Source of the DNA: a virus
Lineage: Duplodnaviria; Heunggongvirae; Uroviricota; Caudoviricetes
Virus record (IMG/VR): IMGVR_UViG_3300037789_000070
Coordinates: 138,576-202,575 of that record
Reading direction: 5' to 3' (one strand)
Length of the DNA: 64,000 bases
The notes below the pieces were generated by a model. That model made no database searches. It was not told the origin of the DNA and worked only from the letters and a program-made list of their open reading frames with translations. The translations under genes and the position numbers were made by a program. Below are positions 46,901-55,687 of the stretch, in pieces (position 1 is the stretch's first letter; every line of letters begins with the position of its first letter).

Positions 46901-49236
46901 GCTCTTCTAGAATCGTTAGAAGAATTAGAATCTGAAAACAGAAGATAATCGTCAGAAGCCGGAACTGCTACAATTAAACGATTCAGGTCTAGATAGAGAT
47001 TCAAGTCGTCATCAAGAACTCCTCCTCCACCTAAACCAGATTCATTATTAGTATTGATAGAAAACGTCTTTTGCACAAATGCTGATGCTTCGATACCATC
47101 AACTGTATCAGCATCAAGACCATTGCCGGAACCTGTGTTAGCAGTAGTTAATATATTAAGGTCTGAAAGGACTGCACCAAGATTTCTCTTCTTAATGGCA
47201 TTTGAATTGGAGAAATCAGAAAAGGCAATAAAATCATTTCCTGTAACTGCAGAAGATGGTGAAAGAAGAGAATAATCTAACTCAATTGTTCTATTAGTAG
47301 ATAAATCACCACCACCGGCCAGACCATCACCAACGGTAATCGTTCTGCTGGTCTGTACAAGTCCAGCAAGATGAACTCCATCAACCGTATCTGCATCAAG
47401 ACCACTTCCATCACCATCAACGGTTTTAATTGCAGTCAATAATTGTGAAGGAGTTTGATCGGCAGTTGCTCCGCTTTCAATAGTGTCTAATTTTGAGTAA
47501 ACGGCATCAATATCTCTTCCATTAATGTTTCCCGAAACACTTATAGAAGATGCGGTTAATGAACCGCCAACATAAAAATTAGAGGTCAGAGTACTAAATC
47601 TGTCGTTAGTCTCGTCCCATATAAATCTTACATTGCCGCTCGTTCCACGTTCTACTTCAAATCCTGCATCTTGAGATGGTGAACCAGTTTCATCAGAATT
47701 AAGAACAATGATGTTATCGCCGATGTTAACTGTATTACTATCAATCTGAGTGGTTGTTCCTTCAACGGTGATATTACCTTTAACAACAATACCATCATCG
47801 TTGATTTCAACTCTCTGCCCTGCTCCTGTAGAGATTCCAATACTATCTGCCCCAGTTCTATAGAACCCGGTGTTAGTATCACTCATAAACGATATTGAAG
47901 GAGTACTTTCGGTTCCATCGCCAACATAGATTGTACTAATATTTGAAGACGACCACGGCTGTGATGATTTGCCAAGGATACTAGTACCTTCAAGAACAAC
48001 ATCGGTACCATCTCTTAACACCAAATCATCGGAAAGATTTAATCCGCTTAAATTTTCAGAACCATCAACGGTTAGAATTCTCAAATCAGAGATAAATTGA
48101 GTTGCGGTTCTTACTTTTTCAGTTGTGTTGTCCGTCCAGAACGATATTAGGTTAGAACCGACTATAGGAGACGTGGTATCAAGACCTACTTTTGTGAGGG
48201 TGATGGTCCTGTCAGCCGTTAAATCGCCACCACCGGCCAAACCTGCGCCAGTGGAGATGGTTCTAGTAGACCTAGCAAAGGCAGTGCTGTCCAATCCATC
48301 AAGTGTTCCGGCATCGACCGCTAGAGGATTGTCAGATGTTACGATATTGAAATCAGCGATAAAATCTGAAACTTCTCTTCCCCTAAGAGTTCCATCCCAA
48401 AATGCAATAACAGAATCATCTGATGGAGCAGTGGAAGTTCCTAATCCTGAAAAATCAACTGATAGGGTCCTGTCAGCCGTTAAATCGCCGCCACCGGCCA
48501 AACCTGCGCCAGTGGAGATGGTTCTTAGTTGTGTTGCAACAGCCGTTCCGTTTACATAAAGACCGGCCAAAGAAGCGGACAAAATCTCTGTACTACCATT
48601 AACGGTGATTGAGAACTTTTCAGTTCCTGAATTATTATCAGTGTCTATATTGTGCGTGATGTTGCCAGAAGACGATATATTGAGGTCGCCAACTGATCTA
48701 ATGGATTGAGAAATAAATTCGGTAGCGGTCACAGAACCGGCCACAGAACCGGCCACATCAGACCTTAAGAATTGAGAAGCTTCTAATCCGTCGAGAAGAT
48801 CCGCATCAATTCCAGAGCCGGAACCGTCATTAGCCAAGACTTCATTGATAACATTTTGAGCAATTTCATGAAGCCATTCGGTTCCGGTCCATACTAGAGT
48901 TTTATCTTGTTCTTCATCCCAGACTCTCCATCCTTCTTCTGGTTCAAAGAATATCCAAGTATCCGATACCCATCTAGCAATCTCATCATCATGCCCGGCC
49001 CACGCACCGGTCGCACCGGTCGCAACGATATAACTGTCTCCTTCTTGGGGGGTAGTTTCAGGGGTTGTTTCGTCAGAATAACGAACTGAAAAGCCAAGTT
49101 CAGAAAATTCACCTAGGGTTACTGGTGATTGACCCGGTATTGAAAGAACCAAACCAGCACTAGTGGCAGTTAAGGTCGCCTTTCCTATTGAAAAGCTATC
49201 ACCACTAATACCAGTTATATTTGATTTTCTAGCCAT
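40981..49236 (-). CDS. giant tail-fibre-like protein (2751 aa) with about 13 DADT(V/L)DG-type repeats
   Basis: 8.3-kb ORF. Repeats of SGSGLDADTVDGVHLAGLVQTSRSISTGTGLSGGGDLTSDRTIELD. Very G/S/T-rich. C-terminal ~130 aa non-repetitive. Confidence 0.85.
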   Translation of the reverse strand: MARKSNITGISGDSFSIGKATLTATSAGLVLSIPGQSPVTLGEFSELGFSVRYSDETTPETTPQEGDSYIVATGATGAWAGHDDEIARWVSDTWIFFEPEEGWRVWDEEQDKTLVWTGTEWLHEIAQNVINEVLANDGSGSGIDADLLDGLEASQFLRSDVAGSVAGSVTATEFISQSIRSVGDLNISSSGNITHNIDTDNNSGTEKFSITVNGSTEILSASLAGLYVNGTAVATQLRTISTGAGLAGGGDLTADRTLSVDFSGLGTSTAPSDDSVIAFWDGTLRGREVSDFIADFNIVTSDNPLAVDAGTLDGLDSTAFARSTRTISTGAGLAGGGDLTADRTITLTKVGLDTTSPIVGSNLISFWTDNTTEKVRTATQFISDLRILTVDGSENLSGLNLSDDLVLRDGTDVVLEGTSILGKSSQPWSSSNISTIYVGDGTESTPSISFMSDTNTGFYRTGADSIGISTGAGQRVEINDDGIVVKGNITVEGTTTQIDSNTVNIGDNIIVLNSDETGSPSQDAGFEVERGTSGNVRFIWDETNDRFSTLTSNFYVGGSLTASSISVSGNINGRDIDAVYSKLDTIESGATADQTPSQLLTAIKTVDGDGSGLDADTVDGVHLAGLVQTSRTITVGDGLAGGGDLSTNRTIELDYSLLSPSSAVTGNDFIAFSDFSNSNAIKKRNLGAVLSDLNILTTANTGSGNGLDADTVDGIEASAFVQKTFSINTNNESGLGGGGVLDDDLNLYLDLNRLIVAVPASDDYLLFSDSNSSNDSRRATVSSFINSIGILTTADEGSGNGLDADTVDGVHSTQMLLTTGDKNFSGTFTAALNAGISFTSTDTGVWDLFGNSSGGVSLTANGSGGTEFEFKADGSNPNTAELRINGNKVWHAGNDGSSSGLDADTLDGVQGSFYTRTSRLVSTVSGSGLSGGGNLSADRSLSLSTNGVTSQNPSGTNEITFFDGTSLRKTTLSNLIDALDVAILSEASQNFTGDLIVDGNLTVRGTTTTISTTELNISDNIITLNGDVTSNPTENAGIEVERGLQTNARILWDEVSDKWKAGLSGSEYELLTSNSAVNATQLNGILSSQFIRSDIDDQMNATFTNVTDGSSQNIIIGNGTKQYELTAYTSDFRIGEVAGTQIRYNGTEWQIGDDDAWYDVFHAGNVGSGSGIDADTVDGVHLAGLVQTSRSISTDSGSGLFGGGDLSTNRSLRLSTIGIDATTSANTGSLLFFTNSATVKQRSIPQFISDNNIWTASNDGSGSGLDADTVDGIQGSAIVQNSRSISTGTGLSGGGDLTSDRTIELDIESLTSTTEIETDDSLAFYDDSSDQTIRRSVSNFFNDLGVITTSDTGSGNGLDADTVDGVHLAGLVQTSRSISTGTGLSGGGDLTSDRTIELDLNSLSSSESVALTDSIVTYDLSETVASRRTVSNFISDLGIWTASNDGSGSGLDADTVDGVHLAGLVQTSRSISTGIGLTGGGDLSTNRTIELDFSSLGSSTITLSDKLIFQDVSSSDIARAVIISDVIDDLGIARNNVDETFTGNVTVSGNLTVNGETTTINTTELSVEDPVITLSKNQTGTPTLDSGFRIERGDEPDALLIWDEASNGWKFGIEGNMKLLFAPGSEDVTNADTLDGLDSTDFVQITRTLSTGFGLSGGGDLSQNRTISLSNANLQEASASTADDLVFFDDDDNSVPKKRSVADFISDANILTTSNEGSGNNLDADTVDGLEASQFLRSDADDSTTGKIDISRNQSSFGDYSLRIDSSSNFASIRFDAGTYSASIGTRVDTWRHAFGNEDLSEVWWGYDGTDLLVNSGSIKVSNSGKVSQLGDDGNLELVKGSSGTPSSYIDFKGDASDDFDIRLLSKASGIDLVDSTETFASITNTGIVLGSGTAVTDGLYIKNSNTDANVWRIDDGSSNYGFSRKYNGSKGGNLNSLELYTDNQTGSSILVEDVLQDGRKGERTVRYNYARRETFSEDQYTAGTGSKFKISQQVSSGNPSGERLIIERTDELINSPATAIGSLFSGELTDGTGSFTGSVTDPIGGSSAATLELTSGTGYKREYETGITLDGSTQYTTSVLAKLTSGQKFVVQAYLGDADNDFEGVFDPATMLASDVSLGNGSLDDVELVEVNGGWYRCSITYTTSASPTSALDIRIGVRSDLTPQAVVSFAFPSTHKSTLSQAASFYADGQIVLPGRVKLGGEDRPADIAGSLDTVVVGDSSDAYSGIVIYSTDTGGLSFSDDGTIGAQISYDYSGSVMTLANGSTSFELTTTGLEAFASGGPKLAYVNASNTVPSVLPDKSDANTGIGTAAADALSLIAGGSEVARLTSSVLTANTPITISDTSHTLTVPRIQGNNTSSSMVLQPDGGEITVPYAANTRLHFSGDDNDWNFLRVGHSNGNDGFFFKYTGSETGVDNSLELWSENQSGADLRVFRVEQSGEIQFDGTVSLDGGITNSTSGSWSLADVVASGTVPSIIPNNADTNTGIGASAADTLSFVAGGIEAGKITSSGVLTINDGSGDGRIQTKHLDPLSGTDLFISNFTGSNVYVGSSGNAAVLRSSFMQPRDGSDSSYLGTDSNPYKKLVLDQGVVGTPSLTFGGDSNTGIYSPSADELAITLAGVQAARFAGDDLYITGTLYAYDKSFLIDHPTKPGKKLRHGSLEGPENGVYVRGRIPADGIIELPEYWEGLVDADSITVSTEPIGEYQKLFVKSFDNKKVVIGKSSLMKKRINAFYVVYGERKDVNKMEVER
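44740..45730. repeat. tandem ~280-bp coding repeats with ~130-bp near-identical cores (at least 4 copies)
   Basis: The core ...CAATTGTTCT(G/A)TC...TTAAATCACCACCACC...CCAGTTGAAATTGATCTACTGGTCTGTACAAGTCCAGCAAGATGAACGCCATCAACTGTGTC(A/G)GCGTC recurs at about 44831, 45110, 45390 (diverged) and 45671. More copies at about 47343, and a pair at about 48190/48467. Confidence 0.8.
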
Positions 49237-49290
49237 AAAATAAAAATCCCATCGACATAGTATTTAATGTCGATGGGATCAGTTTGTGTT
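49237..49290 (-). terminator. intrinsic terminator (11-bp perfect stem plus T-run on the minus strand) abutting the fibre start codon
   Basis: CCCATCGACAT (49248-49258) pairs with ATGTCGATGGG (49267-49277). On the minus strand it is followed by TTTTTATTTT and then the fibre ATG. Confidence 0.7.
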
Positions 49291-49312
49291 AGTTATCTAA
49301 TGTTTTAAGGAA

Positions 49313-50230
49313 CTACTTATTTAAGAAATGTCTCTTAATTACACGTTTCATGTCACCAAGTAGGGTGAGTTGTGGAACATCAACAACTTTTTCATCTTCA
49401 AAGGTATATGGGGGAACCCATTCACCGATTGTTTCATCCCAAATAAGAGCCTCACAATCTTTATCTGGATTGAGCCAAATAAATGCCTGATGTTCTTCTG
49501 TTGGGACACTTTCTGAAACAACTGCACAGTATTCTCCATTTTCGAGAACGCACCTAGGAGTAAGTGTCTCTTCAATTCTTTTTTGAATTTCATTGAGAGC
49601 TAGGTTTTCAGTCCCTGAATGATTAAACACATCCTCTTCACTTGGACCTTCGAATGTAATTTCTTTCCACACATTCTGGCCGGTCGCTATGTTCTTTTCT
49701 ACAAAGTAGATAGGATATCCATTACATTGTTCAGGAAAAACATCAGAAGTCTGTCCCTCTAGATCAGAGATTTCTTCGTCAATAACAACCCAAAAATTTT
49801 CAAAGTTCTGAGAAAGTTTGTTCAAAACTGGTGGAGTTTTGGAGAAGGTATAAAGAGGAGTTTTCTTTTCTTCATTCTCCATATCTGGCCAAAGTTCTTT
49901 GCGACGATCAGCTTCAAGCTCTTGCATCTTTTCTCGATTATATACTTCTGAATCGAGTAAAATCCAATCTTTAGCAAGAATATCATCCATAGAAGGTGTC
50001 CAGACTTCTGCACATTCTTCATCGGCATAATTAACAAAGAATCTGTCGATATGAGACTGATAAGATAGAATTGTATTCTCTGGAAGAAGAGATTTAAGAG
50101 GGTCCCTATTAACCTGAAAGGTTGATCCTTTAACAAGATAAAGAAACTCTCTGTCATCCCAACCCTTTCGCCTAACTCTATTACCATTTTCAAGGTCTGT
50201 TAATGCTTTTTGAAAATCTTGTACACCCAT
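49313..50230 (-). CDS. hypothetical protein (305 aa)
   Basis: ORF. Confidence 0.55.
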   Translation of the reverse strand: MGVQDFQKALTDLENGNRVRRKGWDDREFLYLVKGSTFQVNRDPLKSLLPENTILSYQSHIDRFFVNYADEECAEVWTPSMDDILAKDWILLDSEVYNREKMQELEADRRKELWPDMENEEKKTPLYTFSKTPPVLNKLSQNFENFWVVIDEEISDLEGQTSDVFPEQCNGYPIYFVEKNIATGQNVWKEITFEGPSEEDVFNHSGTENLALNEIQKRIEETLTPRCVLENGEYCAVVSESVPTEEHQAFIWLNPDKDCEALIWDETIGEWVPPYTFEDEKVVDVPQLTLLGDMKRVIKRHFLNK

Positions 50231-50231
50231 C

Positions 50232-51182
50232 TTACATTTCTCCGCCTACAAATTTCTTACCTTGCATCTTCTTAAGACGCTTAATGACAGCTTCACGACT
50301 ATTACCCAACATTTCAGAAGCAATTACATATTCCTTAAGATGGGAAATTGCTAAGCCCTTGGTCTCGGCGACGATCCACTCCATTTCATCTACTTTTTTC
50401 TTAGAGATTTTCCCATCATCTAAAACAGTAACTTCAATAGTATTCTTCTTTTTCTTTAGACGTGGGATTTTCATCTCAATGAATTTCTTTCTGGCTTCAT
50501 CAGTCGGAAACTCAACTTCACGAACAATATCAAACCGACTTGGACGATTAACGATACGATCATCAAGATCACTTAGATAGTTAGTGGTAGCGACGAAGAC
50601 AACATTATCTACTTGATTTTCACCATCAAGGAGTGGTAATAGATCAGATTCGCCATAACTTTCGATGATAGTGTCCAAGTCTTCCAGAATAACCACAATT
50701 GGGCGATCAGGTTCAATCTTTCTATAGATACGAAGTCCAGCAGAAGCAATTCTAGGATTTTCAACAAAGAAGGAGACCCCGCCCATTTCATTAATCCTAC
50801 GACTAATCATCTGTACCGCAGTCGTCTTACCGCAGCCGGGCTTGCCGTAAAGCAAGTATCCTCGCTTCCAAATCAATCCATTTGATTTATAAACGTCTTT
50901 CTTAGACCAGAAAACATCCAATTCATCCATAACATGGTTAATTGTGTTGTCTGGAAGTTCAAGAAGTTCATCCATATTAGATGAGGTTTTTGAGAAATAA
51001 ATTCCACGTGCATCATCATATTGAATCAAATATTGACAAGAATCGACCTTACTTACAGTTTCTTCACAAGGAAAATAGTTATTTCCATGGATGGCCCACA
51101 TCTTAGCATTATCTGATGCCTTAATGGAATCTTCAGTTTCTTCATTATCGGCGTATGAATTGATTGATTTTCTTCTGCCCAT
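50232..51182 (-). CDS. AAA+ ATPase
   Basis: Walker A LLYGKPGCGKTT, Walker B VVILEDLD, sensor/arginine finger region NRPSRFD. Confidence 0.75.
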   Translation of the reverse strand: MGRRKSINSYADNEETEDSIKASDNAKMWAIHGNNYFPCEETVSKVDSCQYLIQYDDARGIYFSKTSSNMDELLELPDNTINHVMDELDVFWSKKDVYKSNGLIWKRGYLLYGKPGCGKTTAVQMISRRINEMGGVSFFVENPRIASAGLRIYRKIEPDRPIVVILEDLDTIIESYGESDLLPLLDGENQVDNVVFVATTNYLSDLDDRIVNRPSRFDIVREVEFPTDEARKKFIEMKIPRLKKKKNTIEVTVLDDGKISKKKVDEMEWIVAETKGLAISHLKEYVIASEMLGNSREAVIKRLKKMQGKKFVGGEM

Positions 51183-51257
51183 TATTCTTTTCCTTTACCT
51201 CTTAGGTGTTCGTGTATCTAATTTGAGGTTAGGAAGGATGACACTTTTGAAGAAGAA

Positions 51258-51668
51258 CTATTTTGCTGATTTTTGCTTTTTTGCCTTGATAACGTCAGTG
51301 ATGAAATTCTGAAGGTTTGTATAGAACCTATATCGCTTATCTTTATACAAGCCGTGACGTTTTTGCATGGTGATATCTTGAATATCAGCCCTAACCTTAC
51401 GTGCCAATTCTAAGAGGTTGATGTCGCTCATTTTAATCAATTGACGGGGATTAGTTTCCGACTTGGGAGTGTGAAGGTATCCGGTAACAAAAGGATGATT
51501 AATAAATTCATTATATAATGCATCGTCCGTTGGTTCTTCTGGATCAATTGCACTATTGATGTCAGGAGTATCGGTCGGCACAGAATCAAAGTCAACACCA
51601 GCCTCAGTTTCATCCTGAGGAGATGTTTCCGGTCTATCATTTTCGTTAGGCATAGGTTCGTTAGGCAT
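51258..51668 (-). CDS. hypothetical protein, acidic proline-rich N-terminus
   Basis: ORF. Confidence 0.5.
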   Translation of the reverse strand: MPNEPMPNENDRPETSPQDETEAGVDFDSVPTDTPDINSAIDPEEPTDDALYNEFINHPFVTGYLHTPKSETNPRQLIKMSDINLLELARKVRADIQDITMQKRHGLYKDKRYRFYTNLQNFITDVIKAKKQKSAK

Positions 51669-51672
51669 AGTT

Positions 51673-52335
51673 CTATTTATCCATGAAAGCTTCTACTAAA
51701 CTGACCCACTCTCGTTGAAGGTTTTCTAACTCTTCATCTTTAATATAAAAGTGCTTAACTTCTTTTTTCTTGGCATAAATTCCACAAATGATATCTACAC
51801 GTGTTATCTTAGTTCCAAACATAATATCATGCGACAAGGAATAAGCAGCACCTTGTAAAAGGTATTTCTTTACTTTTTCAAAACCCGGATAACTCCTACT
51901 AGTTTTAAAATCACAAATGGAAAGAGTTCCGTTCCAATCACATATTAGATCAGAAGTTCCTGCATAGAGATCATAAGAGTGTAATCTACTTTCAACTCCA
52001 TGAATCACGTTGACCTTACGATCAAGAAGCATAAACATCTTTTTTGATAAAGAGATAACTTCCTCAGAGTCTTCCGTGTTCTTATTTCCAAGAATCATAT
52101 TCTCTAAGGTTTTATGAACGGCATCTCCAAAGGAAGCCGCCTTATCTGTTATTGTATCTGCCTCTTCATCACCTACTCTTTCCCTCCATTCTTTTAAACC
52201 TTTATTAGGAATAGTAGATAGAATGGTAGTTACTGAGGGGGCTTCACCATATGGGGTAATATATGTCCTGCCAGAAACATTGTCTCTTCTCTCAAGACAA
52301 GGATAATCGAATTTATTGGAGAAAGTGAATGACAC
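51673..52335 (-). CDS. PD-(D/E)xK family nuclease (RecB/Cas4-like fold candidate)
   Basis: GTSDLICDW....LSICDFKTS fits the D...(D/E)xK core. Confidence 0.55.
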   Translation of the reverse strand: MSFTFSNKFDYPCLERRDNVSGRTYITPYGEAPSVTTILSTIPNKGLKEWRERVGDEEADTITDKAASFGDAVHKTLENMILGNKNTEDSEEVISLSKKMFMLLDRKVNVIHGVESRLHSYDLYAGTSDLICDWNGTLSICDFKTSRSYPGFEKVKKYLLQGAAYSLSHDIMFGTKITRVDIICGIYAKKKEVKHFYIKDEELENLQREWVSLVEAFMDK

Positions 52336-52338
52336 AAA

Positions 52339-52674
52339 TCACCAAGTGATGTGCCAGTTGAACTTATCTTCTGATTCGTGCTGTGCTCTTGAAACTTGGA
52401 AGCCCAAACGAGTGAAATGGCCAATCACCTCATTCATTTGATATCTTGCAACATCATGAGCATCTGTTGTGTTATTTGCAGGATCAGACCATGCCGCAAA
52501 GGCAACTGCGCTATTCGACAGACCCGTTGCGACAGAAGAAACAGGACCAATTGTTGCTTCTAAAGAACCGTTTCCTACAGCAGTTTCGATCCCGGCTTCA
52601 AGAATACGAATTTCACCGAATATAGCAGTTCTGGTTGTTGCAGCTTCTCGTGCTTCTCGTGCATTATAAGACAT
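52339..52674 (-). CDS. hypothetical protein (111 aa)
   Basis: ORF. Confidence 0.45.
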   Translation of the reverse strand: MSYNAREAREAATTRTAIFGEIRILEAGIETAVGNGSLEATIGPVSSVATGLSNSAVAFAAWSDPANNTTDAHDVARYQMNEVIGHFTRLGFQVSRAQHESEDKFNWHITW

Positions 52675-52680
52675 TAGCGT

Positions 52681-52956
52681 TTACGATTCTACTTTCATTA
52701 TATCATACTGGCCAAGTTCTACTGGCTTGTTACCAAAACGAACAACATATCTACCATTATTCATTACTGATATGATAGTTCCAGTTTCATCGGAATTACG
52801 CCTTTTAACTTCGTCATTAACTGCAAAAGTTAAATGATTGACCCCAACCTTATTTGGCTGACGTGCTTCTATAATATGCCTTGGAACTCGGTTCTTAGGC
52901 TTTACTAGATCTTTTCTGATTTGAAATTCAATTAAATCGCGCAATTCTGTCTTCAT
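52681..52956 (-). CDS. hypothetical protein (91 aa)
   Basis: ORF. Confidence 0.45.
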   Translation of the reverse strand: MKTELRDLIEFQIRKDLVKPKNRVPRHIIEARQPNKVGVNHLTFAVNDEVKRRNSDETGTIISVMNNGRYVVRFGNKPVELGQYDIMKVES

Positions 52957-52958
52957 AA

Positions 52959-54149
52959 TTAGCGACGTTCCCTTTCACCGGTTCCGTCTTCGTCTTCTTC
53001 CGGATCAAAACTATCAGAATCGAGTTCTCCTTCTAAGTCATCATCCGTCACTTCTTGGTCTTCTTCATCAGAATAATTCTCAATATCCCCAGCTAAACTG
53101 TCACTAAAACTATCTCCGGAAATATCTGGAGCTTCTTCACCACCTTCTGGTGAAACATTATTGACATTTCCACCCATTGCATCCTGAAAGAATTGTCTTA
53201 GATCGGAAAGCTGATCAACTAATGGCCCAATATGTTCACTAGCGGCTCTCTCAATTTGAGTAGCTGCATCGTCACCGATTTCTGTGCGGACCTTATCCTT
53301 GAATGTTGTTAGAGTTTCAGCACTAATTCTTCCAAGCTGCTCAATCATGTTGGTGAGCTTATCTGCAATGCCCTTAGAAGCAACAATGACTTCCGTTCTT
53401 TCAACTTCGCCTTCGGTCAATTCGACAAGAGACTCTTCAAACTCTTTACGAATCTGGGCAATTCTTTCATTACGCATAATTGCGTTCTCCTTGATTATTT
53501 TCTTAAGACCATAAGGTGCTGCAGCTTCCCATGGCCAAGCCCCTTCCCACCTACTATCACAATAGGCTTCCATTTCATTCAGAGCCTTCTCAGAACTCTC
53601 CGTCAAATGTTCAATGACTAAACCACGAGGAGCTTCTAACGGACGTCCATCGGCCAACGTAAAGTAGAGATGTGAGAAGTCTTTGTCAGTCCCAAATCTC
53701 ATAGTTTCTAAAATTTTAAGCTTTCTTACTTTTTCCTTGAAAGGAATCCAAGCGTGGAACTCTTTTCTATCCTCACCCAAATACGTGCAGCGCTTACCAC
53801 TAATGACGCCATTTTCCGAAATGGTCACATCTTTGAAGTAAGTAGCTCCCTTAATCAGAGGAATAGTTGATTCTTCCTCTCTTTTGATCTCAGCGAGAAC
53901 TCTTAAAGCTTCCACCATGAGCTTTTTTGCACCGAATTTAGGGTCCTTAATCCAAGAAGAAAAAGGCAATGTCCTTTTATAGGCTTCGGCTTCGGCCTCA
54001 ATCACGTCAGCTTCTCTTAGCAAATCTTCACATTCGAAAGTGCTAAATTTGTCTAACTGATGGCCCATACGTGATAAACGGGCCTTATAACCTTCATATA
54101 CTGAAACGTTATCAGTTTGGTTGAGTGCTTGTTCAAACAGGTTTGTCAT
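52959..54149 (-). CDS. hypothetical protein (396 aa) with extremely acidic C-terminal tail
   Basis: C-terminal ...SDEEDQEVTDDDLEGELDSDSFDPEEDEDG. Confidence 0.55.
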   Translation of the reverse strand: MTNLFEQALNQTDNVSVYEGYKARLSRMGHQLDKFSTFECEDLLREADVIEAEAEAYKRTLPFSSWIKDPKFGAKKLMVEALRVLAEIKREEESTIPLIKGATYFKDVTISENGVISGKRCTYLGEDRKEFHAWIPFKEKVRKLKILETMRFGTDKDFSHLYFTLADGRPLEAPRGLVIEHLTESSEKALNEMEAYCDSRWEGAWPWEAAAPYGLKKIIKENAIMRNERIAQIRKEFEESLVELTEGEVERTEVIVASKGIADKLTNMIEQLGRISAETLTTFKDKVRTEIGDDAATQIERAASEHIGPLVDQLSDLRQFFQDAMGGNVNNVSPEGGEEAPDISGDSFSDSLAGDIENYSDEEDQEVTDDDLEGELDSDSFDPEEDEDGTGERERR

Positions 54150-54201
54150 TAATCCATCCCAAAGAATTCTTAAAGTATTTAAGGCAAAAGCGTATTAATG
54201 A

Positions 54202-55032
54202 TCACCTAACGCCAAGCTTCATTCTAATGGCTTCGATTTTCATTCGAAGAGCGTCGATTTTTGTTTCAAACACTTCTCTCTTTTTAACATTACCAGCAGG
54301 TATTTGGGAGAGTTTCTTTTTAGTTATATTGTATTCTCTAATATGAGAATCTTCTGAATTACAAAGTTCTCTAACTCTGGTAAGTCTTGGATCATCAGTA
54401 TTTCCATTTGTTTCATTCAACATGGCGGAAACAGTTGCTGCTACTACTTCATGTCTAAATCTATCAGGAAGTCTGCCAGTAGATGAATTAACTGACCATC
54501 TGACTTTTTCCTTGCCGCCACTTTCAATAATCATTTGGACTGGCTTCCAATCTCCATATACAACTGCCGAATGCTGGCTTGTATTTGTCATTTGAGCATA
54601 GTTACCGGCAGGATCGTTTTGTCCGTACATTACATCAGAAGCAACTCTGGAAGCTGCTCGATCTGAAAACTCTTCAACAATCTGATTAGCAGGATCAAAA
54701 ATCTGATTAGTTGTTCCTCTTTGAGGAGAAGGTTGTGGCATGTTTCTAGAAGTATTAGGAATATCAATACTTTTAGTCATCAATGATCCAGCCTTTAACT
54801 TTCTATTAACAGACTGTGAAGTGCCGTCACCAGAATAAGTAGAGGTTACGCCTTCTTGAAATAAAGAAGGAATATTCTTTCCAACAACTGAATTAAATAT
54901 ATCCTCAATGCCGTCAATTTCACTGAGTTTTTGGGACATATTTTTCATTGTTCTTTCCTGAGCCTGTTTCTGTCTAAACTCAGCCTCATTTATAGTCATT
55001 TCAGCAGACACAAATTTTTCGTTATCACTCAT
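54202..55032 (-). CDS. hypothetical protein (276 aa)
   Basis: ORF. Confidence 0.5.
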   Translation of the reverse strand: MSDNEKFVSAEMTINEAEFRQKQAQERTMKNMSQKLSEIDGIEDIFNSVVGKNIPSLFQEGVTSTYSGDGTSQSVNRKLKAGSLMTKSIDIPNTSRNMPQPSPQRGTTNQIFDPANQIVEEFSDRAASRVASDVMYGQNDPAGNYAQMTNTSQHSAVVYGDWKPVQMIIESGGKEKVRWSVNSSTGRLPDRFRHEVVAATVSAMLNETNGNTDDPRLTRVRELCNSEDSHIREYNITKKKLSQIPAGNVKKREVFETKIDALRMKIEAIRMKLGVR

Positions 55033-55619
55033 TAAAAACCTCTTGCTTTTTTAAGTCTTTTGTTGGCTTTGGATAATCTCTTCCTAGAAACAATATTTGT
55101 AACCTTAGTCTTGTTTTTACTTCTAGCAATTGATCCTTTTTTCTTAGAGCCTTTCTTGGCCCCAACCCTTCTATTATAACTTGGGGCTTGCATACAGATT
55201 TTGGCGTCAGAAACACGCTTTCCGTCTTTTTGACCACCAATACACTTCAATGTAGGTACCAAACTATTACCTTTTCTTTTGAAAACTTTAATAACTGCTT
55301 CCATTAGGGAAGAATCTTTATATACCTTTAAGCGTATTTCATTTCCTGTGGACCGTATTTTTTTAGTCATCACTTGCATATCATCTATTATAGACAATAT
55401 TGCCATTTTTACATGATTTATTTCATTAGGATCTCTTACTATCCTTTCAAATCCAGACACGGAAATTAAAATAGATTCATCATCACCACTTACTAGGTTT
55501 ACTCTAAGCACAGTGGAATCTGAAAAAGAAGGCACTGATGATGAAATGACTTCTTTTTCTTGTGTTAATTTCTGACTGAACTTTCTTCTGAAAGCATTAA
55601 AAAATTTTTCATTTTCCAT
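55032..55619 (-). CDS. hypothetical protein with very basic K/R-rich C-terminal tail (nucleic-acid binding?)
   Basis: C-terminal GAKKGSKKKGSIARSKNKTKVTNIVSRKRLSKANKRLKKARGF. Confidence 0.5.
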   Translation of the reverse strand: MENEKFFNAFRRKFSQKLTQEKEVISSSVPSFSDSTVLRVNLVSGDDESILISVSGFERIVRDPNEINHVKMAILSIIDDMQVMTKKIRSTGNEIRLKVYKDSSLMEAVIKVFKRKGNSLVPTLKCIGGQKDGKRVSDAKICMQAPSYNRRVGAKKGSKKKGSIARSKNKTKVTNIVSRKRLSKANKRLKKARGF

Positions 55620-55687
55620 ATTGATATTTACATCTGTTCGAAGTATGGTACTGAATAACTTGAAACAACCAACTAAGGGATTTAAAA

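Noticed and set aside
41663-48559. Fourteen plus-strand ORFs (60-144 aa) inside the minus-strand 8.3-kb gene, several ending in near-identical peptides (...PVEIDLLVCTSPAR).
   Set aside because: They are antisense to a continuous 2751-aa ORF with strong protein-like repeats. Their similarity to each other only mirrors the coding repeats on the other strand, and they have low-complexity S/P/V composition.
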